Below are positions 39,930-50,278 of a DNA stretch of 64,000 nt, piece by piece. This DNA is from a virus (lineage: Duplodnaviria; Heunggongvirae; Uroviricota; Caudoviricetes). Within the stretch, counting starts at the first letter, position 1, and the number at the start of each line of letters is the position of its first letter. Position numbers and translations under genes: made by a program. Where the stretch lies: the IMG/VR virus record IMGVR_UViG_3300008255_000105; one strand, 5' to 3'. The notes below the pieces were generated by a model, which did no database searches, was not told the DNA's origin, and was given only the letters and a program-made list of their open reading frames with translations.

Positions 39930-39939
39930 ATTATACCAC
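39930..39939 (-). promoter_or_regulatory. extended -10 promoter GTGGTATAAT
   Basis: motif copy 3, directly upstream of the GC-rich island and tRNA-Glu. Confidence 0.4.
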
Positions 39940-40117
39940 GAGTTTTTTGCTCAATTCCAAGAATTCAAAAGTAGAGTCTTAATTTAACGCTGCGGATTAA
40001 ATCTTTTCCCCAAATTCTGTAATCCTCCATTTCTTTTCCCCTACTTTCCCTTTCGGATAAATCATCTTTTTCCTTGACATATTAGCAATGACCTGATTCT
40101 TTTGTGATTTTGTTAAT

Positions 40118-40432
40118 TTAAAAATAAGATATTTTGTGGGAATCCTCTTCGCCAATCATTCTTTCGGCAAGAAATACAGCTTCTTCTATTTCATCTTCAT
40201 CACTTCTGTAACCGTTCATCTCCCCTATTGTTTTTTGAATATAAACATCTTTTTCAGATTTAATATTCTTGATTCTAGAATAAAAACCTAAAAGTCTTAA
40301 TGTCTCAAAGAAACAAAAAATAATCTTCATCCCCACATCAAAATATGAAAAGGCTGTAATTAAAATAACAAAAGTTGAAATAAACAAAACTTTGTTCATT
40401 TTTATTTGTTTATCTTTTGCTTTTAAATTCAT
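40118..40432 (-). CDS. small membrane protein (104 aa)
   Basis: hydrophobic N-terminus. Confidence 0.4.
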   Translation of the reverse strand: MNLKAKDKQIKMNKVLFISTFVILITAFSYFDVGMKIIFCFFETLRLLGFYSRIKNIKSEKDVYIQKTIGEMNGYRSDEDEIEEAVFLAERMIGEEDSHKISYF

Positions 40433-40560
40433 TCATTTTGATTTTAATTCTTTTATTTCTCTGAAGTATTTTAGTTCAATAAAAGCTAAAAAGAAATAAA
40501 TTGCAGAAATTATCCACCAAGCGAATGGAATCATATCTTTTTCTCCTGGGTTTGATTAGT

Positions 40561-41436
40561 TCAAGTGTTCACAATCTCGAACCAAAACTGTTCTCTATCA
40601 AGGTCAGCGAGAACGAAATTGTTTTCATTTTCGTTGGGAATTGATGTAAATCCGTTTTTCATTCTGGTTGGTGTTGCTTTGACCCAAACGCCAAACTCAG
40701 GGTAAAGCGAAAGAACAGCAGATAATGGATCGTGAAATGCTTTTTGGTCTCTTTGATCTAGATAAATTGACATTCCTTCCCGAATCAATTCTCCCCCTAT
40801 ACTTTTTGTATTTGAGGCTAAAACTCGTTCATGAATTTGTTTGTTGTAAACAACTGTATGACAAATATTCTTCCCTACAAATCTTCTTTCAGAGAAATTG
40901 GATAGCAACAACATTTCAAGTCCAGAGGGGCACCCCATCATGTTGAAGGTTGGGAAAAACTCATGCCCCTCAAATTTTTCTAATCTTTGTTTTGGAGAAA
41001 ACTTTGAGTAGGGCAGAAATCCACCCTGCATCAAAAGCTTCCCAAGTTGATGTGTTTGATTGAGGGCTATTTCACCAGAAGCAATAGCCGGACCAATGAC
41101 GAACCAATTATCTTCTTCAGAAATTTCTATTTTATCTTCGTCAGCTTCCAACTCAAAAGGAGCATTATGTCTGGTCAAAACTTTCTGATGAAAACCATGG
41201 GAATAATCTTTTCGATCACTTGATTTCCCTGGTTTGCTTGAAAAGATTGGGAAGTCTTGTTCAAACTTGTCCCTCAAAAATTTAGCAATGGCTATTTGTG
41301 TTGAGTATCCCGGCGTGATAAACCAAGCTTTGAATTTAATCCCCTTTGATTGAAGATAGCACAAAGCAAAAAAATCATCTGGGTCTCCACCAAGATCAGT
41401 CTCAATTATCATTTTTAATCCTTCGACCATTGCCAT
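40561..41436 (-). CDS. ribonucleoside hydrolase (IU-NH family)
   Basis: N-terminal IIETDLGGDPDDFFAL matches the DxDxxxDD nucleoside hydrolase signature. Confidence 0.7.
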   Translation of the reverse strand: MAMVEGLKMIIETDLGGDPDDFFALCYLQSKGIKFKAWFITPGYSTQIAIAKFLRDKFEQDFPIFSSKPGKSSDRKDYSHGFHQKVLTRHNAPFELEADEDKIEISEEDNWFVIGPAIASGEIALNQTHQLGKLLMQGGFLPYSKFSPKQRLEKFEGHEFFPTFNMMGCPSGLEMLLLSNFSERRFVGKNICHTVVYNKQIHERVLASNTKSIGGELIREGMSIYLDQRDQKAFHDPLSAVLSLYPEFGVWVKATPTRMKNGFTSIPNENENNFVLADLDREQFWFEIVNT

Positions 41437-41483
41437 TCTTCTTCATCATCTTCATCACGGCCCGCCTTCCTCAACAAAAACAA

Positions 41484-41568
41484 CGGAGAGCAGAGGACTC
41501 GAACCTCAACCACTTCCATGATCCAACCGATTAGCAATCGGTGCCCAAACCTCTTGGGTTTACTCTCC
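41484..41568 (-). tRNA. tRNA-Ser (GCU)
   Basis: acceptor GGAGAGT/GCTCTCC; anticodon stem-loop ACCGA-TTGCTAA-TCGGT; long variable arm; T-loop TTCGAGT. Confidence 0.75.
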
Positions 41569-41582
41569 TCATTTTCCTAAAA

Positions 41583-42104
41583 TCAATCCCCGATAATTTC
41601 ACGAGCAAATTTGGCGAACCAATCTCTTCGTTCGAAAAGACCTTTAAGTTGACCACCGACAACCGAAATCTCCCTCGAAATGATTTTACGAACAATTTCT
41701 GAAGGTTCTCCTGACGCCAAATTCTTTTTGGGAATTTTGAATTGGAATTTGATGGGACGTTCTATTTCCTTCTTCTTGCCCTTCTTTCCATTCTTCTTCT
41801 TCTTTTTGATCTTCTTCTTTTTATTTTCAGCAAGAAGTCGCTGAATTGCAATTGACGCCCCGTCCTTTGTGTCAAATTCATCCAAATCAGCACAAATCGC
41901 AAATCCAACTCTGAAATAATCCCCACAATCAAGAATTGCGGCCGTTAAACCGCCAGTTTCTTCGAACTCACCCCGAGGGGTTGAACGAAGAAGAGTGAGA
42001 AGCTTAACCTTTGCTGGGTCAGCTTCTACATTTGAAGCAGCCTTCGTTTTCATCTCGCTCATGTCGATCCCTTCTTTTGTCTCGGATTGGTTTAGTCGGT
42101 TCAA
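41583..42104 (-). CDS. hypothetical Lys-rich protein (173 aa)
   Basis: ORF. Confidence 0.45.
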   Translation of the reverse strand: MNRLNQSETKEGIDMSEMKTKAASNVEADPAKVKLLTLLRSTPRGEFEETGGLTAAILDCGDYFRVGFAICADLDEFDTKDGASIAIQRLLAENKKKKIKKKKKNGKKGKKKEIERPIKFQFKIPKKNLASGEPSEIVRKIISREISVVGGQLKGLFERRDWFAKFAREIIGD

Positions 42105-42460
42105 TTTGTTCTAAAATTAGCAAACGGATCAGTCTCTTTTTTCCATTCAATTCCACGAAATCCTCTGCCGTCAGCATACCAATCAATTCCACCAAATTCA
42201 AAAGAAATACTTCCATAATATTCACACAAACAATCTACAATTGAAGCCAAAAAACGACAAAGGCTTGAGGCTTTCGAAGCTGCTTTTTTGAATTCCTTTT
42301 TCAATTGTCCAACTGTTGTAAACCAAACTTTAGATCCCTCTCCTGGGAAACTACAACCAGTGACTCTTATCTTGTAATCATCTGGCAAACAAAATTCTGT
42401 CGGCAAACGCTCTCCTGATTTGTAATAGCTCCTCAAAACGATTGGCCCTTTCGTTCCCAC
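42101..42460 (-). CDS. hypothetical protein (119 aa)
   Basis: ORF; 4-nt overlap. Confidence 0.45.
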   Translation of the reverse strand: MGTKGPIVLRSYYKSGERLPTEFCLPDDYKIRVTGCSFPGEGSKVWFTTVGQLKKEFKKAASKASSLCRFLASIVDCLCEYYGSISFEFGGIDWYADGRGFRGIEWKKETDPFANFRTN

Positions 42461-42490
42461 GACAGACTCCTTTCGTTAGCCGCCAACCCT

Positions 42491-42919
42491 TCAAAACTCA
42501 TTCAAAAAATCAAGAGGTTCAATATCAATTGGATTTCTTCTAAAAGTCATACCTTTGTTTTCTAGATCTAAATTAATTCCAGTAAATTCCACCAATTCAA
42601 AACGAAGTCTATGTTTCGGATCTGGGACAAAACATGAAGAAACAGCTTTTTTAGGGGATCCATCTCCTTCTTCAAAAAAAGAAGTAACCAACCATCCATT
42701 TGGCATTGGAATAAATTCATAACTTGGATCCCCATTAAAAACAACTCTATCAAAAATAACTGTTTGAGCATTTTGATTGTTTTTCAAATGTCGAAGAGGA
42801 AAAACACCACCTAACTTTTTCTTCTTTCTAATCCAATATTGAATCGAAAACTTCAAATCACGAAAGCAGTTCCAATCCCACGGCCATTTCCATCGAATTT
42901 TCATCGACCCACTCCCCAC
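42491..42919 (-). CDS. hypothetical protein (142 aa)
   Basis: ORF. Confidence 0.45.
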   Translation of the reverse strand: MGSGSMKIRWKWPWDWNCFRDLKFSIQYWIRKKKKLGGVFPLRHLKNNQNAQTVIFDRVVFNGDPSYEFIPMPNGWLVTSFFEEGDGSPKKAVSSCFVPDPKHRLRFELVEFTGINLDLENKGMTFRRNPIDIEPLDFLNEF

Positions 42920-43191
42920 TCTTCTTCTAATATCTTATTGGAATAATCTATTGTTTTTTGATCTAAATCTGCAAGGGTTTTGTTCCTTTGAACCCGATCT
43001 TCTTCTGATTTAGAAATTAAATAAGCTAAAGATAATTCATCTTCGTGATAAATAAATTCGTTTTTAGCAAATTTATCTCTGGCCTTTTGAGTTAAATCGG
43101 AAGTTTCTTGTTTCTTATGCCCAAAAATCTCTACTAGAAACCTTTCGGTGATAGACCAAAAGGTTTCTTCCATCTGATCTATTCCCCTCAT
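42901..43191 (-). CDS. hypothetical protein (trimmed to M76; the listed N-terminus overlaps a tRNA)
   Basis: ORF. Confidence 0.4.
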   Translation of the reverse strand: MRGIDQMEETFWSITERFLVEIFGHKKQETSDLTQKARDKFAKNEFIYHEDELSLAYLISKSEEDRVQRNKTLADLDQKTIDYSNKILEEEWGVGR

Positions 43192-43322
43192 CTCAATTCC
43201 TTCCTTGCTGCCACACAGGCCGCACAAACACAGTATACCACAAGGCCGACAGAGCCCGCAATAGCAGACCTGTGGCGTTGCTGTGGCAAGGTGTGAGGGC
43301 TCGGAGTGTGGGGGGGCGAGAA

Positions 43323-43407
43323 CGGAAGGGGTGAGACTCGAACTCACAAGGGCTTTGCCACCCCACTTGTTTTCGAAACAAACTCCTGATCCAGCCGGAT
43401 CCCTTCC
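43323..43407 (-). tRNA. tRNA-Ser (CGA)
   Basis: acceptor GGAAGGG/CCCTTCC; anticodon TTTGT-TTCGAAA-ACAAG; long variable arm; T-arm GTGAG-TTCGAGT-CTCAC. Confidence 0.7.
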
Positions 43408-43526
43408 TGGGAGCAAACTTTCAATCTTTAATCATTCATAGATTACTTTTAATTTAGCCATTAAATGCGGATCATTTTGATCTTCTATATCCATTCGGAG
43501 TCTCACTTTCCTGGGTTTTCAAAACA

Positions 43527-43599
43527 AGCCGGTGATTGGGGTTGAACCAACGACCTGCGGGTTACAAATCCGCTGCTCTACCAACTGAGCTACACCGGC
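43527..43599 (-). tRNA. tRNA-Thr (UGU)
   Basis: acceptor GCCGGTG/CACCGGC; D-arm GCTC-AGTTGGTA-GAGC; loop TTTGTAA; T-loop TTCAACC. Confidence 0.75.
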
Positions 43600-43641
43600 A
43601 TTTTCGACACACTTTCATTTTTTCTAAACTAAATCCTACAA

Positions 43642-43947
43642 TTATCTGAAATCTAAAAAATCAAACAAAGATAAAATTTCATCTTTTCTATAAAACTTTT
43701 CTGCCGAACTAACAATATCTTGAATTATTTTATCCCCAAACCTTGGATAACTAGGTCTAATTTCTTCCGCATCCCAAAATAAATCTGTGCTTAAAGAAAT
43801 CATTAAATAAACAACTTGTTCGTCTCTCTCATCAAAGCAAATGTTCAAATGAATCTCACTGTTTAGTTTTGAAATCAAAACATTATTTTTTCTATTCCAA
43901 ATAAGTTCTGACATTTTTTTATTTTCAAAATTTTTAAGATTGATCAA
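43642..43947 (-). CDS. hypothetical protein (101 aa)
   Basis: ORF. Confidence 0.4.
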   Translation of the reverse strand: MINLKNFENKKMSELIWNRKNNVLISKLNSEIHLNICFDERDEQVVYLMISLSTDLFWDAEEIRPSYPRFGDKIIQDIVSSAEKFYRKDEILSLFDFLDFR

Positions 43948-44199
43948 TTTTCATGCCCAACTCAAACCTGGGCCATCATGCAAAGAGTTATACAAATTGT
44001 CAATTAACAGTTCCCACTCCGCCCCACTATAACCGCAATGTGTATGCAAATTTCCAATCCTTATCGTCAAACTATTACCGCCAAGATCTTCTTCAATTGA
44101 AACAATCGCACCATTTTCGTTAATTATCTCAACAATCTTTTTGAGGCACTCTTCGCATTTCTCTGCGGTTGTCATTGCTTCCTCACTTTTAAATCAAAA

Positions 44200-44283
44200 C
44201 GGTAGACCTGGGACTCGAACCCAGAAGGGCTATTAACCCCACCGCTTTTCAAGAGCGGCCCCTGATCCAGCCGGTTGCCTACC
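44200..44283 (-). tRNA. tRNA-Ser (UGA)
   Basis: acceptor GGTAGGC/GTCTACC; anticodon CCGCT-CTTGAAA-AGCGG; long variable arm; T-arm CTGGG-TTCGAGT-CCCAG. Confidence 0.75.
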
Positions 44284-44404
44284 AAGAACAGACCAATCAA
44301 TCTTTAATTTTTCTCTTTGTCGTCCCTCTCATTTAGCAATCTAACAAGAGCCTGTGCTGCTTTTTTCCCGCCAAAGGTTTTGCCCTCCATGTTTTACTCC
44401 TCTT

Positions 44405-44812
44405 TCAAAGCACAACCATCGGGAAACCGACTCCACACCAATGAGCGATCCACAAGAACGGGGCAACCAAAATAACACTTTCCAAAGTTAGAACCCCACC
44501 AACACAATCTACAAAAAATGGAATGTTCTTCCCGACTATCACATTCAAACAATAATTAAATGAAGCACCCCCTAAAATAAAAATAAAAAGAAGAAGCAAA
44601 GAGCAACAACAGCAACAAAACGCTAATGATTTATCGCTCTCCTGTTTTTCTTTTATTTCTCTTTCCTCCCTCTTTTTGTTCATCTCCTCAATAATTTCTT
44701 TTCCACTTCTTTTCTTTTTTTTGGGCATTTTGTCGGTGTCAAAAAGATTAAGATTTAGTTTCCCATCCCTTGGTGTGAGCCCCATCACTCTCTCCTTGTC
44801 CTCACAAATCAA
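44405..44812 (-). CDS. small membrane protein, paralogue of 46024-46359
   Basis: shared C-terminal ...VGKxIPFFxDCVGGxLTxExVxxVAPFLWIxHxCGxxFPMVVL. Confidence 0.5.
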   Translation of the reverse strand: MICEDKERVMGLTPRDGKLNLNLFDTDKMPKKKKRSGKEIIEEMNKKREEREIKEKQESDKSLAFCCCCCSLLLLFIFILGGASFNYCLNVIVGKNIPFFVDCVGGVLTLESVILVAPFLWIAHWCGVGFPMVVL

Positions 44813-45143
44813 GGACTTGTCCTAATTCTTTGATTGCTTTGTTTTTTAATTCTGTCCTTAAATCTTCTCCTTGTTCTAAAAATTCAGTTAAACTCTTTGT
44901 TGCTGAATTGATATATTCTTGAACAACAGGATTATTCCATTCAATATCAGATGTAGTTATTTCGCAGTTAATAATAATTGTTTTATAGCCATTCTCTTGT
45001 CGAAACTTTTTCAATTGAATTGAATATGGATCGGTTTCTTTAAATGAAACTAAGATTTCTCTATTTTCTTTTTCGATATAAGCTCTATATACGATAAGTT
45101 TCAAAGAGTCCTTATAAACATACCATTTACCGTGTTTGCTCAT
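44802..45143 (-). CDS. hypothetical protein (113 aa)
   Basis: ORF. Confidence 0.45.
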   Translation of the reverse strand: MSKHGKWYVYKDSLKLIVYRAYIEKENREILVSFKETDPYSIQLKKFRQENGYKTIIINCEITTSDIEWNNPVVQEYINSATKSLTEFLEQGEDLRTELKNKAIKELGQVLDL

Positions 45144-45170
45144 TTTGTCCCTTCTTTCGGTTTCAGGGTT

Positions 45171-45911
45171 TTACCTAAGAAAGTAATGCCATTCTTCAGT
45201 TGTTTTGTTGATCCCATCAGATTCAACAGTTGGTCCTTTATCATTTTCGATTGAAATTCCTAGATAATCTTCATAAATAGAAAAGATATTTGCATCAAAT
45301 TTTCTGCAAAGCTTATGAAGTCCTTGAAGGAATTTTTTCATTTTCTTTGACATTTTCGGCGGTTCCACAAAATTCTCGGCAACTTCACTTAAATAATCAT
45401 TTGTTTCTTGATAATGAGCTTTTGCAAAAATTCTCAATTCATCAACTGTTGGGATAGACCCACCTTCAATTGCAACAACTCTTCCAGAAGTCAAACCTGC
45501 AATTTGATTGGTTTTAAGAGCGTGATTAATTCTTGTTTTTTGAATTGCATGACCATAATTCCTATAAAAAAATACTTTTTCTCTTTCTTGAAATGCACGG
45601 TAAGAAGGATCAGTTAAAGACATAAAAGATCCAGCCTCAAGATCGATATCAAACTCTTCCCAATGAAGAACTCCACCATCTAATTGAATCTCAAATTTTT
45701 TGATTTGATCTTCGGTTAAATCTTTAAGTGCCGGAATTTCTAAAACGTGGACATTAAATGTTTTTCCGCTTTTCATAATAACCGTCAGAAATCCATCCTT
45801 AAAACAAGCATCCTGAATGATGAAGTCTTTCCTCGACATGATGGCTATCTCTCCCTTTCTTTCCTGACTCAAACCTTCAAATTTGTCAAATACTCCTGAA
45901 TTAAATAACAA
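45171..45911 (-). CDS. hypothetical protein (246 aa)
   Basis: ORF. Confidence 0.5.
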   Translation of the reverse strand: MLFNSGVFDKFEGLSQERKGEIAIMSRKDFIIQDACFKDGFLTVIMKSGKTFNVHVLEIPALKDLTEDQIKKFEIQLDGGVLHWEEFDIDLEAGSFMSLTDPSYRAFQEREKVFFYRNYGHAIQKTRINHALKTNQIAGLTSGRVVAIEGGSIPTVDELRIFAKAHYQETNDYLSEVAENFVEPPKMSKKMKKFLQGLHKLCRKFDANIFSIYEDYLGISIENDKGPTVESDGINKTTEEWHYFLR

Positions 45912-46023
45912 TAAGTCTCAATATCCCCCGACGCACAACCAACACTTTTTGGATTCTCCATACCAACTGATCTTCGAAGGAAAACAACTTCTTCCATTGT
46001 GGTTCAACATTCCTCTAACACAA

Positions 46024-46359
46024 TCATAGCACAACCATTGGAAAATTCATGCCACATAAATGACAAATCCATAAAAAGGGTGCAACAACAAGCACACATT
46101 CAGCAGTCAAAAGGCCGCCAACACAATCAGCAAAAAATGGGATTTCTTTTCCAACCATCGCATTCAAACTATAATCAAAAGTCCAACCGCCCAAAAGAAA
46201 AATAATAACCATAGCTAACAAACAACAATAACAAGAATATACCAATGAATCTGTGTTACCACTCTTTTGTTTTCTTGTTTTTTTAATTTGATCTAGTTCT
46301 GCAATTGATCTTTTAATTGGCTGACCAAAATAAAGATCCGTCTCAGATTCGTCTGGCAT
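46024..46359 (-). CDS. small membrane protein, paralogue of 44405-44812
   Basis: see paralogue. Confidence 0.5.
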   Translation of the reverse strand: MPDESETDLYFGQPIKRSIAELDQIKKTRKQKSGNTDSLVYSCYCCLLAMVIIFLLGGWTFDYSLNAMVGKEIPFFADCVGGLLTAECVLVVAPFLWICHLCGMNFPMVVL

Positions 46360-46373
46360 TCTCCGGCCCCTTT

Positions 46374-46721
46374 TCAGCTTGGCATACCATTAACAATTTG
46401 CCAAGGTTCAACGCCAACAGATTCAATGTATTTGCATCTTTTCCAAATTTCTTCGACATTTGCCGCAGCCAACGACAATTCGTCTTTATGGAAATAAAAA
46501 ACGACAGGATCACCGCCTCCGCAACTTTGACCGTGCATATCTCTATTAAATTCCATAAATACCTTATCTAGAAGGTCTTGCGCCTCAACTTCCATTTCGT
46601 CTGTCATCCAATCATATTCGTATGGACTGAAAATTAAGACTTTTAATTTCCAATAGATATCATCATGATTTTCAAAAGGATTAACAAGAGATTGTGGCTC
46701 AGAAAGTTCTTCATTGCTCAT
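46374..46721 (-). CDS. hypothetical protein (115 aa)
   Basis: ORF. Confidence 0.45.
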   Translation of the reverse strand: MSNEELSEPQSLVNPFENHDDIYWKLKVLIFSPYEYDWMTDEMEVEAQDLLDKVFMEFNRDMHGQSCGGGDPVVFYFHKDELSLAAANVEEIWKRCKYIESVGVEPWQIVNGMPS

Positions 46722-46760
46722 TCCATCTCTCCTTCATTGGTTTTTTTTCGAACCTAACAA

Positions 46761-46832
46761 TACCCCCGGCAGGAATCGAACCTGCATTAATGGCTTAGAA
46801 GGCCACTGCTCTATCCATTGAGCTACGGAGGC
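46761..46832 (-). tRNA. tRNA-Arg (UCU)
   Basis: acceptor GCCTCCG/CGGGGGT; D-arm GCTC-AATGGATA-GAGC; anticodon GTGGC-CTTCTAA-GCCAT; T-arm CAGG-TTCGATT-CCTG. Confidence 0.75.
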
Positions 46833-46878
46833 AAACTACGAACCGTCAGTCTAGCCAACCATTCAATTATACTTCAAT

Positions 46879-47412
46879 TCATTCTTTAACTGCTGTTTTC
46901 TTTTCGTTCATTTTGGTCTCAACAATTTTCGGGACATAATTTGAAACATCAAGGTTCAAATCGAACAATTGTTTAACCATTGAAGAACTGAGATGACTCA
47001 AGTCCTGGTCTCCAGTCAAAAATACTGTTTGAACTCCAGATATTTCTTGATTGATCTTTGCTATTTCAATTTCAAACAAAAAATCAGTTACACTTCGGAG
47101 GCCCCGCACGATTGAGACGTTGGCGTTCCCAAGCCTTTCCATTATTTCTTTTGCTGTGACTGCTGTTGATCCTTCATAACAAACAACACTCCACATCCCG
47201 TCAAAATCATCAAGTGTTTCTTTTAGAGCTTGATTGACAAGTTCTTCTCGTTCTTTGATATCAAAAAATTCACTTCCTACCTTTGCCGGGTTGATGCCAA
47301 TCCCAACAATCACATGATTAAAGACATTTGTTGCTTCTTTGATCACAGAGATATGGCCGAATGTAATTGGATCAAAGCTTCCTGGGTAAAAACCTGCCGA
47401 AATTTTATTCAT
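46879..47412 (-). CDS. coaD: phosphopantetheine adenylyltransferase
   Basis: GSFDPITFGH; VRGLRSVTDFLFEIEIA vs E. coli CoaD IRGLRAVADFEYEMQLA; SSSMVKQL vs SSSLVKEV; start trimmed to ATG 47412 with AAGGGA SD. Confidence 0.75.
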   Translation of the reverse strand: MNKISAGFYPGSFDPITFGHISVIKEATNVFNHVIVGIGINPAKVGSEFFDIKEREELVNQALKETLDDFDGMWSVVCYEGSTAVTAKEIMERLGNANVSIVRGLRSVTDFLFEIEIAKINQEISGVQTVFLTGDQDLSHLSSSMVKQLFDLNLDVSNYVPKIVETKMNEKKTAVKE

Positions 47413-47599
47413 AATCCCTTGATCGCTTTCTTCCGGCGGCCCGGCGCTTCCTGGCCGCCTCCTGCTTCGTGCCACCATGATACCCCGAAGCACCGCTCTT
47501 AGCAATACGCCAGAGGCTTTCTTCGACGGCCCGCCTTTGGGCAACAGCGTCGGGCATATCGGTGGACTCGATTCTATTTGTTTTTTTCTCCCTTTTCAT
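47405..47599 (-). CDS. small basic protein (64 aa), GC-rich, translationally coupled to coaD
   Basis: stop TAA overlaps the coaD start (UAUGAAUAA); Arg/Lys-rich C-terminus; GC-rich codons unlike the neighbourhood. Confidence 0.4.
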   Translation of the reverse strand: MKREKKTNRIESTDMPDAVAQRRAVEESLWRIAKSGASGYHGGTKQEAARKRRAAGRKRSRDYE

Positions 47600-47626
47600 T
47601 TTCTTCCTCTATCCATCCAAATCCAG

Positions 47627-47676
47627 ACTGACATACTCCCTCCGCTAAAGCAGGAGGGCTTTCTAGCCGTGTTCTT
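47627..47676 (-). promoter_or_regulatory. repeated 50-bp leader motif, copy B
   Basis: near-identical to 13385-13436 (1 mismatch across the core). Confidence 0.4.
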
Positions 47677-48210
47677 TATAATGAGCGATGACATCATTAA
47701 AAAAGTTCCAAACAAAGGGAACTATTTCCTTTTTTCCCCATAACTTCTTCATGTGTCAACCACAAAAGTTCCGAACATTTATCAGGTTCTTTAATTTCAT
47801 GTATTCCACTCCAAATTGCTGTTTCCCAAAAAAGGTCCAGATATTCGCCTTTATCGCCCATCCGATGGCAAACATGGCAAAGATTCATATTTTCAGTTTA
47901 AACACCAACACCAACTTTCAGTCTGAAACGCTCGTCGCCCGTGTCGCTCATATCACTCATTCTACACCCCTAAACTTAAAACAAAAATCAAAAATCTTTG
48001 CAGTTTATTCATTTTCTTTTCTCCCTAAAATTGGGCTTGTTGCTCCAAAAAATAAACATTAAGTTCTTGATAATCTACTAAATCATCACCATATTGCTCG
48101 TTATATTCATAGATATAAAATCCAAGAATTTGTTTTCCTTGATCAACAAGTTGTTGAAGGATTTCTTCGATTATAAACGGTTGTTTAAAAACTTCACATT
48201 TGACCATAAT

Positions 48211-48537
48211 TTACTCCTGTTCTTCAAATTCTCCGATGTCCTCCGGTTCCAACCCATTCATCCATTCCTGATAAAATAGTCCTCTGACAGTATACTCTTC
48301 AATTTGAAGCCCTCGCCGTCTGGTTCTTTGGAAACGTTCTTTATCTGTTTCTTTAGCCATTAATTCTGCTTCTGCTTTGACTAAAGGAATTATTCCACAG
48401 GAAGAGATTGAACAATATCTACCAAGACAATAAAGTTCAAGTTCTGGTAGAATTTTTTTGAATTGAGTCCAATCAACCGGCAATTCTGGTAAATTCAACC
48501 CATCTGTTTTACCTGTTGCAGCAAACCATTTAATCAA
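48211..48537 (-). CDS. hypothetical protein (108 aa)
   Basis: ORF. Confidence 0.4.
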   Translation of the reverse strand: MIKWFAATGKTDGLNLPELPVDWTQFKKILPELELYCLGRYCSISSCGIIPLVKAEAELMAKETDKERFQRTRRRGLQIEEYTVRGLFYQEWMNGLEPEDIGEFEEQE

Positions 48538-48669
48538 GCTGATCCCAACAATTTCATCTTCTTCATCATCTCTAAAGATTCACAACTGAGGTTCAAAAAA
48601 ACAATCTTCATAAAAGGTTCCTGGTTGAATTTCAGGTCTTATATGCGCTTCAGATATTGAATTCCCCTT

Positions 48670-49797
48670 TCATAAATTAATCTTTTCTGGAAAATCTCTT
48701 GGAATTAGAGAAATTTGGTCAAAGAAATCAAGTTCTTGCGACAGTGCTACAAAACCATGACCTTTTAAATTGATTACCATTTCAGTTGTTTCAGCATCTG
48801 GAAAAACATCCATAATTTCATCAGCTTCTTCAATGGCCCCGCAAGGCACAATCATCGGAATCCCATCAATTTCTTTTGTCAACATGGGGGCACCTTCAAC
48901 ATAAAAATGCCCATGAATAATATATCTAATGTTGGGATAAAAATCATAAAGACAAAGTTGAACTGGTGCATCTACTGAAGGTTTATGTGGGCCAAAAAAT
49001 TCAACAGGAAGAACACCTGGATTCAAAGCGACAAAACCATCTTTGGAAATCATTGATTTATTTAGATTTCTTTTAGACATATAAATATAATTTTCATCTT
49101 TGAATGATGTGAATCCGTTCAAACAACGATCAACAATTTTATTTCTAAAAGAGGCATTCCCTAAATATCTAACTTGTTCGACACCTGGAAATTTGCTTTC
49201 AAAAAGACAATTAAAATCATCAGAAAATCTTCGAACTATTGTAAAAAAGGCTTCATCCTCGGGAATTTCAACAGCTTCCCCGGCTTGAAAACTACTGATT
49301 CTTGTAACATAGAGACTAAGTTGACTTGCTCTTTCAGCAACAACCCTGCACAATTCCTGAATTTCTGTTGAATAATCTAAAAAGAGATTACCAAAGGGGT
49401 CAAGAACACGGGCTTGGAATTTATCATTTGCTCTTGAAAACTCTATTACAATATTTGATCTTGTTCTAAGAGAGTGTTGAACCACATCAAAAGATGTGTA
49501 ATTCCCATTTTCAACTCGTTTTGATGAAATAAAAATACTTGTTTTGTATTTTGATTTCATTTTGTCAATAAGCTTTTCAAGTTCATTGGGGATATTTGGC
49601 ATCCAAAGAACTATATCAAAATCGTTTTCTTCTGAGAGAACAGCTTGTAAATTTTGATAATAGCCTCCGTTACGAAGTTCTATTTCAAGACCTATTTTTT
49701 GGAATTCTTCTGACATTTGTTGAACTATGCCAGAAGATTTGCCTCCATTTAAATCAAAATTCCCACCAACAAAAAGAAGTTTCATGGGATTCTTCAT
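48670..49797 (-). CDS. hypothetical protein (375 aa)
   Basis: ORF; an internal 63-bp segment is duplicated at 50587-50649. Confidence 0.5.
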   Translation of the reverse strand: MKNPMKLLFVGGNFDLNGGKSSGIVQQMSEEFQKIGLEIELRNGGYYQNLQAVLSEENDFDIVLWMPNIPNELEKLIDKMKSKYKTSIFISSKRVENGNYTSFDVVQHSLRTRSNIVIEFSRANDKFQARVLDPFGNLFLDYSTEIQELCRVVAERASQLSLYVTRISSFQAGEAVEIPEDEAFFTIVRRFSDDFNCLFESKFPGVEQVRYLGNASFRNKIVDRCLNGFTSFKDENYIYMSKRNLNKSMISKDGFVALNPGVLPVEFFGPHKPSVDAPVQLCLYDFYPNIRYIIHGHFYVEGAPMLTKEIDGIPMIVPCGAIEEADEIMDVFPDAETTEMVINLKGHGFVALSQELDFFDQISLIPRDFPEKINL

Positions 49798-49798
49798 T

Positions 49799-50212
49799 TT
49801 ATAACAATCCTAAATCTTCTTCAATTGTTAAATTATCTTCAACCGTTAGAACGGTTGGCCCGGTTTGACGATCAAGCTTCCCAATTAAAAGATAATCATC
49901 TTCTTGCCTTTCATTTTGTTCTTCAAGATCTAATAGAATTTCTTCAATTTCTAGATATGGGAATTTCTCGGAAAGATATTCAGAAATCTGAGAGAATCTG
50001 TTCTGAATTTCATCGCATGTTGAAAGATATAACTTTGCTGAATTTGCATTGTTGGCCTTTAAGCATTTAGAAGCCTCCCCCGAAAGGTAAGCCAATAACC
50101 CCATTTGACCTGTTCTCAGAGCCCCCAGGGCTTCGAGCAAATCGGCTGAGGTCTCTTCGGGGGGAGAGAGGGCTTGCTGCACCTCTCGGGGCGTCTCGGA
50201 GCTTTGTCGCAT
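49799..50212 (-). CDS. hypothetical acidic protein (137 aa)
   Basis: ORF abutting the previous gene. Confidence 0.45.
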   Translation of the reverse strand: MRQSSETPREVQQALSPPEETSADLLEALGALRTGQMGLLAYLSGEASKCLKANNANSAKLYLSTCDEIQNRFSQISEYLSEKFPYLEIEEILLDLEEQNERQEDDYLLIGKLDRQTGPTVLTVEDNLTIEEDLGLL

Positions 50213-50278
50213 CAGTTGGGCACCTCCATCGTGTCTATTATGCCCGACCTGGACACCCGTGTCAATTCACCACATAAA

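Noticed and set aside
47688-48062. Plus-strand 124-aa ORF
   Set aside because: It is low-complexity and antisense to the minus-strand small ORFs in an AT-rich spacer, so it is probably spurious.
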